DNA of 64,000 nt from Felis catus (lineage: Eukaryota). Made by a program: the position numbers and the translations under genes. This document shows, one piece after another, positions 12,468-26,041 of this stretch. Location of the stretch: positions 124,001-188,000 of the forward strand of contig NW_025408510.1 of the NCBI RefSeq assembly GCF_018350175.1, written 5' to 3'. Position 1 is the first letter of the stretch. Every line of letters begins with the position of its first letter. The notes beneath the pieces are model-generated. The model was given only the letters and a program-made list of their open reading frames with translations. It was not told the DNA's origin and searched no databases.

Positions 12468-15164
12468 GCAGAACAGGAGCAGTTTGGAGGGTCCTTGTAC
12501 ACAGGGCAAACATGTTTCCCCAAACCACGTAGTTACCAAGTTGCTCAGCAATACCAAGCACTAAGGGCCAGCAGGCAGGACACAGGTTCAGGAAGAAAGG
12601 CCGTCTTCTCAGAGAGCATGGCGTATTGTACACAGATGGGGCAGAAAGCCAGCATCTCTGCACAGCAGGAGGCACCGCCCCCCCCCCCCCAGCCAAGATG
12701 CTGGCAGGCAATTGCGGCAGGAACAGGGAAGACTGCAGTACTTGGCCCCTCCCCGAGTCCACCCGAGTGAAGACAGGGTATAGATCTCCAGGGACCTCGC
12801 AGATGGCCTCTGAGAGAGGCAAGCTCCACACCACAGGACCCACGGACCAGCAAGGAGAGGGAAGAGCGGGAAAGAGGCAAAGCCATCTCCCTGGCTTCTG
12901 ACCACTGGACCAGGTAGCAAGCTGCTCTGTTCCCAGGAGGAGGCACAGGTGTGGGGAGGAGGGTGGTGGCCCGTGTGGAACTCAAAGAGCCCACAGTCCG
13001 CCCAGATGGAGCTTCACTACAAGGTGCTTGGAAAGGCGTCCGGGAGACAGAGCGGGGTGCATGAAGGAGAACACAGGGCAGCCGAACCTCCCAAGGAAAA
13101 CCGCCTCCCCGAGGCTGACCCACGCCGACCCATGGGACAAAACGGCCATCCTGCAGCCGCACGGTGCACACGTACCCCCTATTCCACCGAACCACACACT
13201 CCCATGCCCTTCTATTGCTCTCCGTAAAACCACATACGTCTCTGGGCGAGGTAACTGCAGCACATAGTGTTCAGCACCTAGTACAGTGCCTGCCATGCAC
13301 TCCAGAACAGGTGAATACTTTAGTGTACGCCTTGTACCCACACACGTACAATTACACACGCTGCTTTTAAACATTACGTAGTTCTGTAAAGGATATAAAG
13401 ACGCACACTGTCCTGTGCTTTATGTGATGGGTGATGTGAGGGGCTTGTACCTGTTGCCTAAAGCACGAATCTTAGAGCTCAACCCACGCATTAGAAGGAG
13501 CCACTCCACCCAATGACGTCCACACTGCATCCATTCTTGTCTCCTCCCCCAACCCACTATCCACACAGAACCAGCACCAGCTTTCAAAAAATTCAACAAC
13601 ATCATGCCAGTCCTTCCCACTGAGGACACAACGACCCCAGGTCCTTATCTGAAAACCCAACTCCTTACGGGGTAGGTTCTGTCCCAACACCAGCTGCCTG
13701 GCGCCTCACCTGGCTCCGCTTCCCCTTCCATCGCTTACAACAAAGCCAAGCTCTTCCTTGACCCCGGCCTTTGGCCCTGGAGTCGGACTGCTGGGAGAGT
13801 GCTCGGTCAGCCTCAGCTCCCGAGCGACCTCTCCGGAAAAGGCCTTTCCTGAACCACCGTGCGCAAGGAAGCAACACTTCCTCTTAACCCCTTCACTCTT
13901 TCAGATACACTCTTTCAGATGTGCCTCCACCACCATCTCCGAGGAACACAGCAGCCAGAGCCTGGCGACCACAATTGTGCAGAGTCACAAAGGGGAGCCA
14001 CAAAGGTGGGTGTTTGTGTCTCTGCAGATGGTTCGGGTGCACCAATACAGAAACCCTTGTTGTGGGGTTTGCACTGTACGCTTGAAGTGCATCCCGTCCC
14101 CAGCCTGCTTCAGATTCTGGGTCCCTCCATCTGCCCCTCTCCTGGCCACACTCTCTGTCTCTCTAAAAAGTAAATAAACATTACGAAAATTAGAAAACAA
14201 TGAACACTGATCAAACACTCAAAGTGTCAGTTAAGCCATCCACTTCCTCTGCCTGCCCTGCCACAGCCAGCCCGGCACCACAAAGCCCGCCCTGGGCAGG
14301 CACCTGACAGGGGAAGAGAGCGGTGGTGTAGGGGGGTGGGGCTGGGACGCTGACACCATCACCACCCCATGGACGCTGGCTGAGCGTGGGCAAACTGGAT
14401 GGTCATTTTAGAAGAACGATGGGTACTAGGCAAGGACTACTGGGTTTCGTTTTCTCCTGTAACAAATGCTGATGACCAAAATGTTCACTATGACTTCTCA
14501 CTCTTTTCCGGCTTGCTCTTATACGTGTGAGTAGTCTGTTAGTCAACCCATCATGAACTAGGAAAGATGAGTTCAATTTTAAGCAGTGTTTGAAGGCATC
14601 AAGGAGACACTGGGGCAGTCACAACTGGAAGGACTGAGACACCAACAAAAGGGAAGCCCCTGAGCCAACTCTAATGTTCAGAGTCCTCTCTCTCCCTCAA
14701 GGAATGTGAGGATTCTGAATTTCCTCAGGGACTGGAGGCAATATACCAACAAGCTGCAAAGGAAACCTAACAGAAAGGCAAGCAGAAAGTCGCAGCTAAC
14801 CGAGCTCTGGACAGCACAGGGAGGCACAGAAAATGAGCCTGGCACTCGACAAGCACTACCTGAGAAGCTGACCCTTCCATCATCTCATTGTGCTGCAGAG
14901 AAAATAACTGGGCTTTGGGACATAGCCCCAAGAAGGGGTCCTTGGAAATACTCCCGGCCTCAAGATGGAGACACTGGAGGACTACACGGGGGTGGGGGAC
15001 AGCGTGAGCCCAGCTCACACTGCACCTTACAAAGACTGAGCCCCAGTCTCAGGTCACTCACGCCTGACTGAGCCCAATAACCTCCACACTCGAGGTGTGT
15101 GGGATGAAATGCTGAAGAAATACAACCACACAAAGAGCCTCTATGCTTCTACATAATGTCCAAC

Positions 15165-15332
15165 NNNNNNNNNNNNNNNNNNNNNNNNNNNNNNNNNNNN
15201 NNNNNNNNNNNNNNNNNNNNNNNNNNNNNNNNNNNNNNNNNNNNNNNNNNNNNNNNNNNNNNNNNNNNNNNNNNNNNNNNNNNNNNNNNNNNNNNNNNNN
15301 NNNNNNNNNNNNNNNNNNNNNNNNNNNNNNNN
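15165..15332. other. Assembly gap (168 N)
   Basis: N run. Confidence 0.99.
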
Positions 15333-16175
15333 AGTCGGGTAAGCATCCCAATTCCGTTCAGGTCATGATCTCATGGTTTATGGTTTAGTCTGGTGTTGGG
15401 CTCTGTGCTGACAGTGAAGAGCCTGGAGTCTGCTTTGGATTCTGTGTCGCCCACTTTGTCTCCCCCTCCCCTGCTCAAGTTTTGTCTCTACCCCTCTCTC
15501 TCTCAAAAGTAGATAATATTAACAAAAAAAAATTCTTTTAATAAGAAAAGGAAAGAAACAAACAAGCAAACAAAAACAGAGAGGTACCTGGATAGCTCAG
15601 TCTACTCGTTTAAGTGACCAACACTTGGTTTCGGCTCACGTTTGTGAGTTTGAGCCCTGTGTTGGGCTCTCTAGTGACAGAAAAGAGCGTCTGCTCAAGA
15701 GGGTCTCTCTCTCCCCCATGCTCTACCCCCACCCCTGCTCTCACTTTCTTTCTCCCTCAAGATAAATAAATAAACATAAAAAAAACAGGTTTTGCATCAT
15801 AGCGACCCAAAGAAGAAAGAAGAGAAACAGACCAAGAAGAGACACATAGACTGGAATTACTGGATGCAAAAGTCAACTGTCCAAAAACCATTCTTGACAA
15901 ATGGAAAATTTTCAGAGACTCAAAACAGATTCTCAAACTGCAAATTATCGGAGCTAAAATTAGGGTCTCCAGGTGCCTGAGTGGCTCATTTGCTTAAGCA
16001 TCTGACTTCAGCTCAGGTCATGATCTCGTGATTCGGGAGTTTGAGCCCCTGTGTTGGGCTCTGTGCTGACAGCGCAGAGCCGAGAGCCTGCTTCGGCATC
16101 TGTGTCTCCCTCTCTCCCTGTTTTTCCCTTACTCACAACCTGTCTAGCTCTCCAACATAAATAAAAGTGTAAAAA
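15333..16175 (+). mobile_element. Cluster of three CanSINEs (~15333-15545, 15580-15785, 15970-16175; mirror 43542-44384 -)
   Basis: Three SINE bodies each with gggctct...tgacag core and A tail. Confidence 0.88.
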
Positions 16176-16742
16176 ATCTTGTTGAAAGCATTAAGAACTC
16201 AGTCTATGGGCTTCACATCAGACTAGACACAGGTGAATAGACTCAGTGAACTGAAAGATAGGTAGGTAAAAATATATCTAGACCATACACAGAGAAACCG
16301 TCCAGAAAATACAGAAGCCCAAAAGACACAGAAGATATGGTACAAAGGTCCAATGGGAACCCTCAAAGTAGAGGAAACACAGAATGGATATTAACACATC
16401 CCTACAAAGATAAGAATCAAAACTATTCCAAAACTGATAAAAGAACCATGACAGTGACTCCACAAAGAACACCCGAGGCAAAAAGATGTTAACAGCCATG
16501 AGAGGACAAAGATACCGCCTTCCATGCGACAACAACAACAACACTGCCAGCTGACTCTTCAAGAAAAGCAAATGAAGCCAGATGATGGATTGGCATGTAT
16601 GAAAGGTGAACTAAAATAGCCACCAACCTGGAAGTCTTTACCTAACAGAAACATTCTTCCCAGTGAAGGCAAAGTAAAGATGTTTTTCAGGCAAAACAGA
16701 AGCAAAAACAAAAATAAAAACAGAAACAACAAACAAAAACAA

Positions 16743-16766
16743 CACACACACACACACACACACACA
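16743..16766. repeat. (CA)n microsatellite (mirror ~42950-42974)
   Basis: Direct reading. Confidence 0.9.
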
Positions 16767-17039
16767 AACCATGACTACACATCAACTACAGACACAAACT
16801 AAAATCAATATTAAAGCAGCTCGTTGCACAAAAGAAATGTAGTCTCTGACAGAAATATGAAAAAACACGGCTTGCAGAACAACGTCACAACAGAGAGGGT
16901 AACTATGAGAACAAACCTTAACAAGCATTAAGTGCACGAAACAATGACAACAACGCCAAAATCCATCTAAGACTTACAAATATTAGCCAACAAAAGGTGA
17001 AGAGGAGTTCAGTGTGGTTCAAGTGTCAAAGAAAAGAGC

Positions 17040-17260
17040 AGGGGCGCCTGGGTAGCTCAGTCAGTTCAGTGTCCGACTTTGGTTCAGGTCACGATCTCAC
17101 GGTTTGTGAGTTGGAGACCCGCGTCAGACTCTGTGCTGATGACTCAGAGCCTGGAGCCTGCTTCAGATTCTGTGTCTCCCTTTCTGCTCTGCCCCTCACC
17201 CGATTGTATTATGTCTCTCTCAAAAAACAAATAAATCTTAAAACAAAGAAAAGATAAAAG
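17040..17260 (+). mobile_element. CanSINE (mirror 42455-42675 -)
   Basis: ggggcgcctgggtagctcagtc head. Confidence 0.92.
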
Positions 17261-17904
17261 GAGAGAGCAGTGTCAGGGAAACAGTACAAGTCCTGAATCG
17301 GGCAGGGGTCAGTTGAAAATGCACCTGCCTCTAGAAATAGATATATTCCAATTACCTAACAGATCAGTGTACAATTAAAAACTCCCTCCTACTTCTAAAG
17401 GAAGGCTAGAGACCAAAAGAACACAGAACAGCTGGGGCAAAGAAGAAACTAATAATACGGTACGTGTAAACTAACCTATCAGTCATCACATGTGCACACA
17501 TGCTGCAAGCAAAAGGTTGACTCTCAAATTCATTAGAAGGAAACTAAGCATACGCTGGTCACAAAGGTACACCTTAAAACATAAGATCACAGACAGGTGG
17601 AAGGAAAAGATCCCCAGGCAAACCCAACCGAACAGAAAACTGATGTGACCCTCCAAGAAAGTAACCTCTATAGCGAAAAGCTCTACTAGAGACCAAGAGG
17701 AACATTTCACGATGGAAGTTCCATTTACCAAGAACACAAGACTTCTAACCTTGCATATACCTAATAACGCAATCTCAAAATACAGAAAAATTGACAAACA
17801 TAGAAAAGGAAAAAGAGCCACATCCATAAGCATTATGGGAGACTTGACGATGCATCTCTCAGTATCTGACAGAACTGACGACAACAGAAAACTCAAGGCA
17901 GTGG

Positions 17905-18165
17905 GACGGGGCTGTCCAATATGCGGTCACGTGCTCTATTGCAAGTACTTGAAACGCGGCTCCTCAAAGTGCGACGTGTGGAAAGTATATAATGCACACC
18001 ACATTTTAGCGACAATGTGATAAAAGAGAATGCAAAATCATTCATTAGTTTTTCTCACGCTGGCTATACACTGAAATGATATTTTGGATATACCTGTTAG
18101 TAATATTATTAAACTCATTCTTGCCTATTCCTTACTTGCTTTCAAGTGGTTACTAAAATCTGAAT
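17905..18165. mobile_element. MER3/MER33-like hAT-Charlie fossil (mirror ~41550-41810)
   Basis: gctgtccaata...cactgaaatgatattttggatata...tattattaaa motif pattern. Confidence 0.55.
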
Positions 18166-18329
18166 TCTGTCATTAACAAACTTCATCTAACGTATAAACA
18201 GAGAATACTGCATTCCCCCCAACACACATTATTTGCACGTGGCCAAGGAACAGTTCATGAAAACGAATATATGCCAGGCCATTAGGAAAGTGAACTCATC
18301 TGAAAGGACTGAAATACTGCAGGGCCTAT

Positions 18330-18648
18330 TTAGGGATTGCATTAGATTCACAGTTCAATTCCCCCAACAATTCATCACGCCCACAGTGATGGGATGAAGA
18401 CAGGGAGACTTCCGGTGATGACCAGTCCTGGTCGGCTGAGAGAGCACCATCACCCCTGCCACCACTTGAGGACAGGGAGAAGTAGGCTGTCGATGAACCA
18501 GGAAGCTGACTCTCACCTGACCCTGAATCTGCAGATGCCTTGATCTTGAGAACTTCCCAGTCTCCTCAACTATAGGAAAGAAGCTTCTGTGCTTATTAGG
18601 CAGCCAGTCTATGGAATTTTGTTACAATCACCCAAAAACACTGAGACA
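18330..18648 (+). mobile_element. MLT1A-like MaLR solo LTR (mirror ~41067-41385)
   Basis: gaatctgcagatgccttgatcttg...cagtctatggaattttgttaca...ctgagaca typical MLT1 3' end. Confidence 0.75.
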
Positions 18649-18882
18649 GATACCTTCATAGAAGTAAGCTAGAAATCAGCACAAAGAGAACGAGAAAATC
18701 CCCTGAAACATCGAGATGTGTTATGCTCCTAAACATTGTGATGAATTAAGAAAAAGATACCACAATGAAAGTTAGAAAATAGTTTCACATAAAAGATAAT
18801 AAACATTTAGCTTATCACAACTCGTAACATCATTAAAGGTGTGCTTAAAGGGAGACTCATAGCTTTAGAATACATATATCAT

Positions 18883-18991
18883 AGGGATAGCTCAGTGGCT
18901 TGGTGACGAACTCTTGATTTTGGCTCAGGGTATGATCCCACGGCCACAAGATCGATCCACACTGAGTGAGGAGCCTGCTTGAGATTCTCTC

Positions 18992-19025
<34 letters not shown>

Positions 19026-19090
19026 CCTCTGCCCCTCTGCCCTGCTCATGCTCTCATGCTAAAATGAATCAACACACTAATAAGCAAATA
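18883..19090 (+). mobile_element. CanSINE with (CT)n (mirror ~40623-40832 -)
   Basis: tagctcagtgg...ttttggctcaggg...gagcctgcttgagattctctctc. Confidence 0.85.
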
Positions 19091-20017
19091 AATACAATAC
19101 ACATACTGGAAAGGAACAAAGGCTAAAAATCAAATGAAGGATTTAGTTCAACAACTACAAGATGGGACAGCAAACAATCACCAAGTAGATGGAAAACAAA
19201 AGGGCAGAAATCAGTGCTGCAGGAAACAAATAGTAAATGACAGAAATCAAAAAAGCCCAAGTTGGTTCTATGAAAAAGAAACAAAGCACAAAGTTCCAAT
19301 ATCAAGAAGTTCTAAAGCAAGTATCACACCAGATGCTGCAGATAGGAGGGATATTAGAAACCAGTTGACACTTACTCCTTGGAAAGTTTGGGAGGTCAGA
19401 GCAAATTCCTAGAAAACAAAATGCCTTATCTAAATAGACACAAGAAGATATGGGAAATCAGAAAAATCCTATTTCCACTTAAGAAAGGAATCTGCAATGA
19501 AAACCCTTCTCACAAGGAAAACCCTACACCAGCTGTTGGCCTAGCACTTCTTCCCAAAAGAAAAGAACACACACACAACCTCTTCTGGGAAAGCACAAGG
19601 AGTGCTTCTTCCTACGTTGTTTTAGGAGGCCAGCACGACCTGTAACCCAAACCCCGGCATGGCCAGCACAAGAGGGTGCAAGGGAACATCCACCTCTCTC
19701 TTGAATACACATGCAAGGATCCAAAGCACACTATTTACAAATGCAATCCAGTGAAAAGAGAATGCACAGACATCAGGTTTGGATTATTCTAGAAGGGCAA
19801 AAGTTGTTTTAAGTTAAACCACAACATTGAAACAAATCACTTGTCCCCAAAGATGCACAAAACACATTTCAGAAAATTTAGTATTATTATTTCTTTGATG
19901 ATTGTTAAAAAATCAGAGCAAACTAAAAATAGAGGAGAATTTTCATGTTTTGATCCAACTATCTACCAGGATTGCCACGGAAAGTGTCATATGTAGTGGT
20001 AAAATACTGAACTCTTT

Positions 20018-20194
20018 GGGGCACCTGAGTGGCTTCTAGTCGGTGAAGCGTCTGACACTTGATTTCAGCTCAGGCCATGATCTCACGGTTCATGAGTTCA
20101 AGCCTCGCATCAGACTCTGTGCTGACAGTGCGGAGTCTGCTTGGGATCCACTTGCTTTCCCCCCTCTCCTTCCCCTTCCCATGCATGCTCTCTA

Positions 20195-20246
<52 letters not shown>

Positions 20247-20260
20247 AACTTTAAAAAATA
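20018..20260 (+). mobile_element. CanSINE with (GAAA)n tail (mirror ~39450-39695 -, partly N)
   Basis: SINE head, (GAAA)n at ~20195-20248. Confidence 0.9.
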
Positions 20261-21559
20261 TTAAGTTTACAAAAAATGATGAAAACCTTCTCTCTAGTAT
20301 CTGGAAGGAGACAAGGACACCTACTCTCACCACTTCCATTCAACACAGTACTGGAGGCCCGAGCCAATCCAAGGCAAGAAACATACAAATGGTTACACTA
20401 TTGGAAAGAAAAAAAAGAAACTTACCAAAAGGCAACACAGAGAATGAAAGGCAGGCATACCCAAGAATGTGAAAACCTCTGCCATTCACAGATGTATTCC
20501 ACACACATAGAAAGAACTCATTCAAATCAACAAAAACCAAAACACACAACCTAATCACAAAGTGGCTTCCAAAAGGCAATTATTTCACAAAAGAAACATG
20601 TAAGTGGCCAAGACACACACAGGGGCGGGTCCCACGAATACACCATACCTCCCAGCACCTGAGCCCCAGCAACCAGCTAACACACAGGAGAAGAGGCAAT
20701 ACCAGGCTTCAGCCAGCCCTGAGCTCCCTCACGCTGTTGCTCGAGGGGAGCAGACACGTGCCACCACTCACGCCCTGCTCCTCCAAGGCAACCCAATACG
20801 ATGCATGTGGATCTGCAGGCAGCCTCTGCACAAACCGGAGCACCCACAGGAGAAAGAATAAACCATGCTGTCCTCACACACTGGGCTTTCGACACCAGGG
20901 GAGGACCAGCACAGCCACACAAGGAAAGCAGGTGCATTGCACACACACAGCGCTCACGGGTTGGCTCAACATGAAGCGAAGAACAAGCCAAAGCCATCGC
21001 TGGTGAAAGTCAAGACTGTGGTTACCTTTGGGGGACGTTCGGTGGGAGTCAGTAGGAGGTAGGAAGCACCGTAAGGTTCCATTTCTTCATCCAGGTGGTG
21101 GTTCCAAGAATGTGTTCACTGAGTGAAAGATATGGAAGATCAGCTGAAAGCAGTGGCCTAGGATGTTCCAAACGTCCACCGCGTGCCACACAAAAATGCA
21201 GCTCTGTGCGGGCTGCTAACCCCCAAGAGAAGCAAGGAAGCCCCACCCATCTGAGTGCGGAATCAGGAAAGAGCATCCAGACACCCCAGGAGCTACCGCC
21301 ACACCCTCCTCGCCTCCAGCTGTTCATCTGGGGGAGTCCACATCGCCTTCCTAAACATAATTGGCCACAAGACACTGAATGCAGAAGCAGCTGGAAGAAT
21401 AAAGATCTTGCACTAAGCCAATGCCAATGCCAATGCCACCCTTCTACACAGTGTTGTTCTGAAAATGTACATATTTTTTCCCTAAAGTATGAAAAATATG
21501 TACTAATTTCTTGTCTTTAAGTGAATTCATCACATCTGAGATGCTCGGATTTGGTTTGG

Positions 21560-21762
21560 TTTCCTTAATGTTTGTTTTTGAGAGAGAGAGACACAGGGCA
21601 CGTGAGGGCAGGGGCAGAGAGAGAGGGACACAGAGAATCTGAGACAAGTCCAGGCTGGCAGCTGGCAGCACAGAGCCCCACATGGGGCTCTAAACTATCA
21701 ACTGTGAGATCACCACCTGAGCCAGAGTCGGACCCTTAACACAGAGAGCCACCCAGGCGCCC
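21560..21762 (-). mobile_element. CanSINE (mirror 37947-38149 +)
   Basis: gggcgcctgggtggctc...gccccatgtggggctctgtgctg. Confidence 0.9.
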
Positions 21763-22029
21763 GCTTCAATTCTCGGTTTAACCTCACCACAGAAGAGATC
21801 GAGAGACACAACCCCCACACACGAAGCCTCTCTGGGGCCCTCAATAATCCCCTGATGTCCAAGTGTCCCGACACCACCGAGTCTCAGAAACACTGACCCA
21901 GGGAACAAAGGGCACTCTCCCCTTCTTCTCGTCAACTTCCCAATTTCTATAGGGTTTCCCCAGCTCACCAGACTCTCTAGGGCCTGGCCCACAGGACGCA
22001 AGGGCCTAAGGTGGCCTTTGTTCGTGGCA

Positions 22030-22880
22030 GCCGCCTCGGGGGACAGAACGTGTGCAGCCTGTGCGGGGTCAGGGGACAGACAAGGCGGGAAGGTCTCCGA
22101 CAGCCTCTGCGAGGGCGGCCGGCACACTCCTCACACGACAGCCGCGGCTGAGGCGGGCACCCGGAGAACCTCCCAGAAGCCACTACCTGCAGTGAGAAGG
22201 GCCCTTACCGCCCCCCCAGCGGTTAAGCCAGCACTGCCACGGGAGGCGCCCCCACACACACCCCGCCGCCACAGAGCGGCCACCACGACTCACGGGAGCC
22301 TGCGGGCGTCCACACGGACAGCCCGGCCTTCCGCCCGAGGGTGGCCAAATGCTGTCCCCCAAGTGAGCAGAACCAGGGCGCCCCGAGCCTCACGGCGTCC
22401 CACGGCTGGCACTGGGGTCTCTGCAGGAGTCCGAGCGGCGCTGGGTCCACCAGAACTCACCTGCCTCGATCGGGACGGTCTTCGGAGAAACAGGGGCCCG
22501 GGGCGACCTCCTCGCAGGTGGAAGACTTCTAGCAAGGGAGAAACCGGATGCTCAGAAGAGCACCTCCCTCGCCCTCCACAGCGCATGCGGGCTCCTACCG
22601 CCTTCAAGAACCAGCCGGCCTCCCGCCCACCTCTGCGCCTGGTAAATGCGCTGTGGCGCCAGCACCAACGGAAACGACTGCGTCAGGGCGGAAAGACTAC
22701 CCGGTGGGACGCTGCACCGGCAGAGACTCCTCAACACGCACCCGCCCGGACGCACTGGGGTACAACGTCAGAGGCGAACCCGATTTCAGCTGCGGACCTT
22801 GGGCGATGGACACACATCAGCACAGGTTTGGGGCTGTGACAAAGGCCTCGCCCTGGCGGGGGGTTCGGATACCTGCTCAG
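22030..22880 (-). promoter_or_regulatory. CpG-rich putative promoter / first exon of left copy
   Basis: CpG-dense, GC boxes (cccgccc ~22622, ~22741), NRF1-like gcgcatgcgg at 22581, consensus donor CAG|GTGAGT at 22461/22460 pointing toward the liprin exons. Confidence 0.65.
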
Positions 22881-23364
22881 GGGAGAGGCTGTGCCTCAGT
22901 AAGGGCAGGTATGTGTGTGAAATCTCTGGAGGATCCTCTCACGTTTGCTAAAACTGCTCTAGAAAAGTAGCCAAGAAGCCAAAACCACCCCCAAAAATAT
23001 GCATGGGCGGACCTCCGTGCAATCATAACCCAAGTCTGTGCTCTTTCCAAGCCCCTCCCCCACCCCCCTCCTCGGCCACCGACAGGGGCTCGGGAGCCTG
23101 TAAGAGCCCCGATGACGCTGATGGGCCACGTTTGGGCCAGCTTCGGGACACCCTGGGCTACGTTGCAGCCTCGCTGCTCCTGATGGTCCATGTTTCCCAA
23201 AGCGCGAGACCCCCCACCCCTTGTCGCTTTTGGAGGACACACTGTGTCCCAGCAAAGCAGCAGTGCTGACTGCCCACCCACAGGCACACTCTGATCCGTG
23301 TGAGGTGGCATCTCAGTGTGGTTTTGCTTTGTAGTCCCCTGATGAGGAGTGACTTTGAGCATCT

Positions 23365-25852
23365 TTTCTTTTTTCTTGTATTCAATATAATTTATTGTCA
23401 AATTGGTTTCCATTCAACACCCAGTGCTCATCCCCACAGGTGCCCTCCTCAATGGCCATCACCCACTTTCCCCTCTCCCCCACCCCCCATCAACCCTCAG
23501 TTTGTTCTCAGTAGTTAAGAGTCCCTTAGGGTATGCCTCCTTCCCTCTCTGCAACCCGTTTCCCCCTTTCCCCTCCCCTCTGGTCTCCTGTGAAGTTTCT
23601 CAGGATGCACATATGAATGAAAACATATGGTATCTGTCTTTCTCTGCCTGACTTATTTCACTTGGCAGAACACCCTGCAGTTCCTTCCACGTTGCCACAA
23701 ATGGCCAGATTTCATCTTTTCTCATTGCCAAGTAGTATTCCATCGTATATAGAAACCTCATCTTCTTTATCCATTTGTCCATTGACGGGCATTTAGGCTC
23801 TTTCCATCATGTGGCCATTGTTGAAAACGCTGCTATAAACATTGGGGTACGAGTCCCCTGTGCATCGGCACTCCTGAATCCCCTGAATTCTAGCAGTGCT
23901 ATTGCTGCATCATAGGGTAGATCTATTTTTAATGTGGTGAGGAACCTCCACACTGTTTCCAGAGTGGCTACACCAGTTTTTCTTCCCACCAACAATCCAA
24001 GAGGGTTCCTGTTTCTCCCCATCCTCTTCAGCATCTATAGTGTCCTGATTTGTTCATTTCCGCCACTCCGACCGATGTGAAGTGGAATCTCAGTGTGGTT
24101 TTGATTTGTATTTCTCTGATGAGGAGTGACGCTGAGTATCTTGTCATATGTCTCTTGGTCATCTGGATGTCTTCTTTCGAAAGTACCTATCCATGTCTTA
24201 TGCCCATTTCATCACCCGATTATTTGTTTTCAGGTGTGGCGTTTGGTGAGTTCTTTATAGGTGTTTGGATACTAGCCCTGTGTCTGATACGTCATTTGCA
24301 AATATCTTTTCCCATTTCATCTGTTGTCTTTTTGTTTTGTTGCTTGTTTCCTTTGCAGTGCAGAAGGTTTTTATCTTGATGAGGTCCCTACAGCTCATTT
24401 ATGCTTTTAATTCCCTTGCCGTTGGAGACGTGTCATGTAAGAAATTGCCACAGCTGAGGTCGGAGAGGTTTTCTCCTGCTTTCTCCTCTCGGGTTTTAAA
24501 GGTTTCGTGTCTCACATTCAGGTCCTTTATCCATTTTGAGTTTATTTTTGTGTATGCTGTAAGAAAGTGATCTAGTTTCATTCTTCTGCATGTTGCTGTC
24601 CAGTTCTCCCAGCACCAGTGGTTAAAGAGTCTGGTTTTTTTCCATTGGATACTCTTTCGTGCTTGGTGGAAGATTAGTGGGCCGGGCCATACATTTGTGG
24701 GTCTGAATCTGGGTTCTCTATTCTGTTCCATTGGCCTATGTGTCTGTTTGTGTGCCCATTCCATACTGTCTTGATGATTACAGGTTGTAGCAGAGGCTAC
24801 ATTCTGGGACTGTGATGCCTCCTGCTTTGGTTTTCTTCTTGAATATTACTTTGTATATTCGGGGTCTTTTGTGGTTCCATACACATGTTACATGATTTGT
24901 TCTAGCTTTGGAAAGAATGGTGGCACGATTTTGATGGGGATTGCATTGAAGGTGTAGATTGCTTTGGGTGGTATTGACATTTTAACAATATTCATTCTTC
25001 GAATCCATGAACATGGAATGTTTTCCCATTTCTTTGTGTCTTCTTCAATCCTTCATAACCCTTGTATAGTTTTCAGCATACAGAACTTTTATATCTTTGG
25101 ATCGGTTCATTCGTATTTTTAAGGTTACTGATAGGTATTTTATGGTCCTGGTGCAACTAGGAACGTGATCAGTTTCTTTAGTTGTCTTTCTGTTTCGTTG
25201 TTATTGGTATATTAAAATGCAATGGGTTTCTGTACATTGCTTTTGTACCCTGTGAGTTTCCTGATTGATGTAGCAGTTCCAGGAGACTTTTGGTGGATTC
25301 TGTCAGGTTTTCCAGGTAGAGTATCGTGTGGTCTGTGAAGAGTGAACGTTTGACTTCATCTTTGCCATTGTGATGCCATTGATTTCACTTTGTTGTCCGA
25401 TTGCTGGTTCTAGGAATTGCAAAACTATGTTCAACAACAGTGGTGACAGTGGACATGCCTGTCATGTTCCTGATCTCAGGGGCAAAGTTTTCAGTTTATC
25501 CCCAGGAGAATTATATTAGCTGTGGGCTTGTATCATATGTGGCTTTTATGATGTTTTCATATGTTCCTTCTATTCCGACTTCCTTGAGGGTTTTTATTAA
25601 GAAAGGATGCTGTGTTTTTTCAAATGCTTTCTCTGCCTGTATTGACAGGATCATGTGGTTCTTACCTGTGATTTTCTTAATGTGATGTATCCTATTGGTC
25701 GATTTGCAAATATTGAACCAGCCCTATAGCCCAGATAGGAATCCTACTTGATCATGGTGAAAAATTCTTTTCATATGCTGTGCGTTTGATTTGCCAGTAT
25801 CTTGTTGAGAATTTTTGTATTCTCATTCATCAGGCATATTGTCCTATAGTCG

Positions 25853-25889
<37 letters not shown>

Positions 25890-26041
25890 GGTCTCTGTCT
25901 GGTTTGGGAATCAAAGTAAAGCTGGCTTCGTAGAATGAGTCTGGAAGTTTTCCTTCCATTTCTATTCTGTGGAACAGCTTGAGAAGCATAGATATTAACT
26001 GCTTTTAGATGTCTGATGGAATTCCCCAGGGAAGCATGTGG
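23365..26041 (-). mobile_element. 5'-truncated carnivore L1 (ORF2 3' part + 3' UTR), disrupted
   Basis: ORF2 peptides [46 protein letters not shown]; felid-type 3' UTR. Confidence 0.95.

Larger units (their letters stand above)
16180..20600 (+). mobile_element. Ancient fragmented L1M LINE (ORF1/ORF2 remnants) with nested SINE, MER and MLT insertions
   Basis: A-rich strand with L1-like motifs (agactagacacag...agtgaactgaaagatag; ggagacaaggacacctactctcaccacttccattcaacacagtactggagg). Confidence 0.7.

Noticed and set aside
22018-22839. 273-aa ORF and its mirror 36870-37691
   Set aside because: Low-complexity R/P/A/T product of a GC-rich island with a non-ATG start; no recognisable family.
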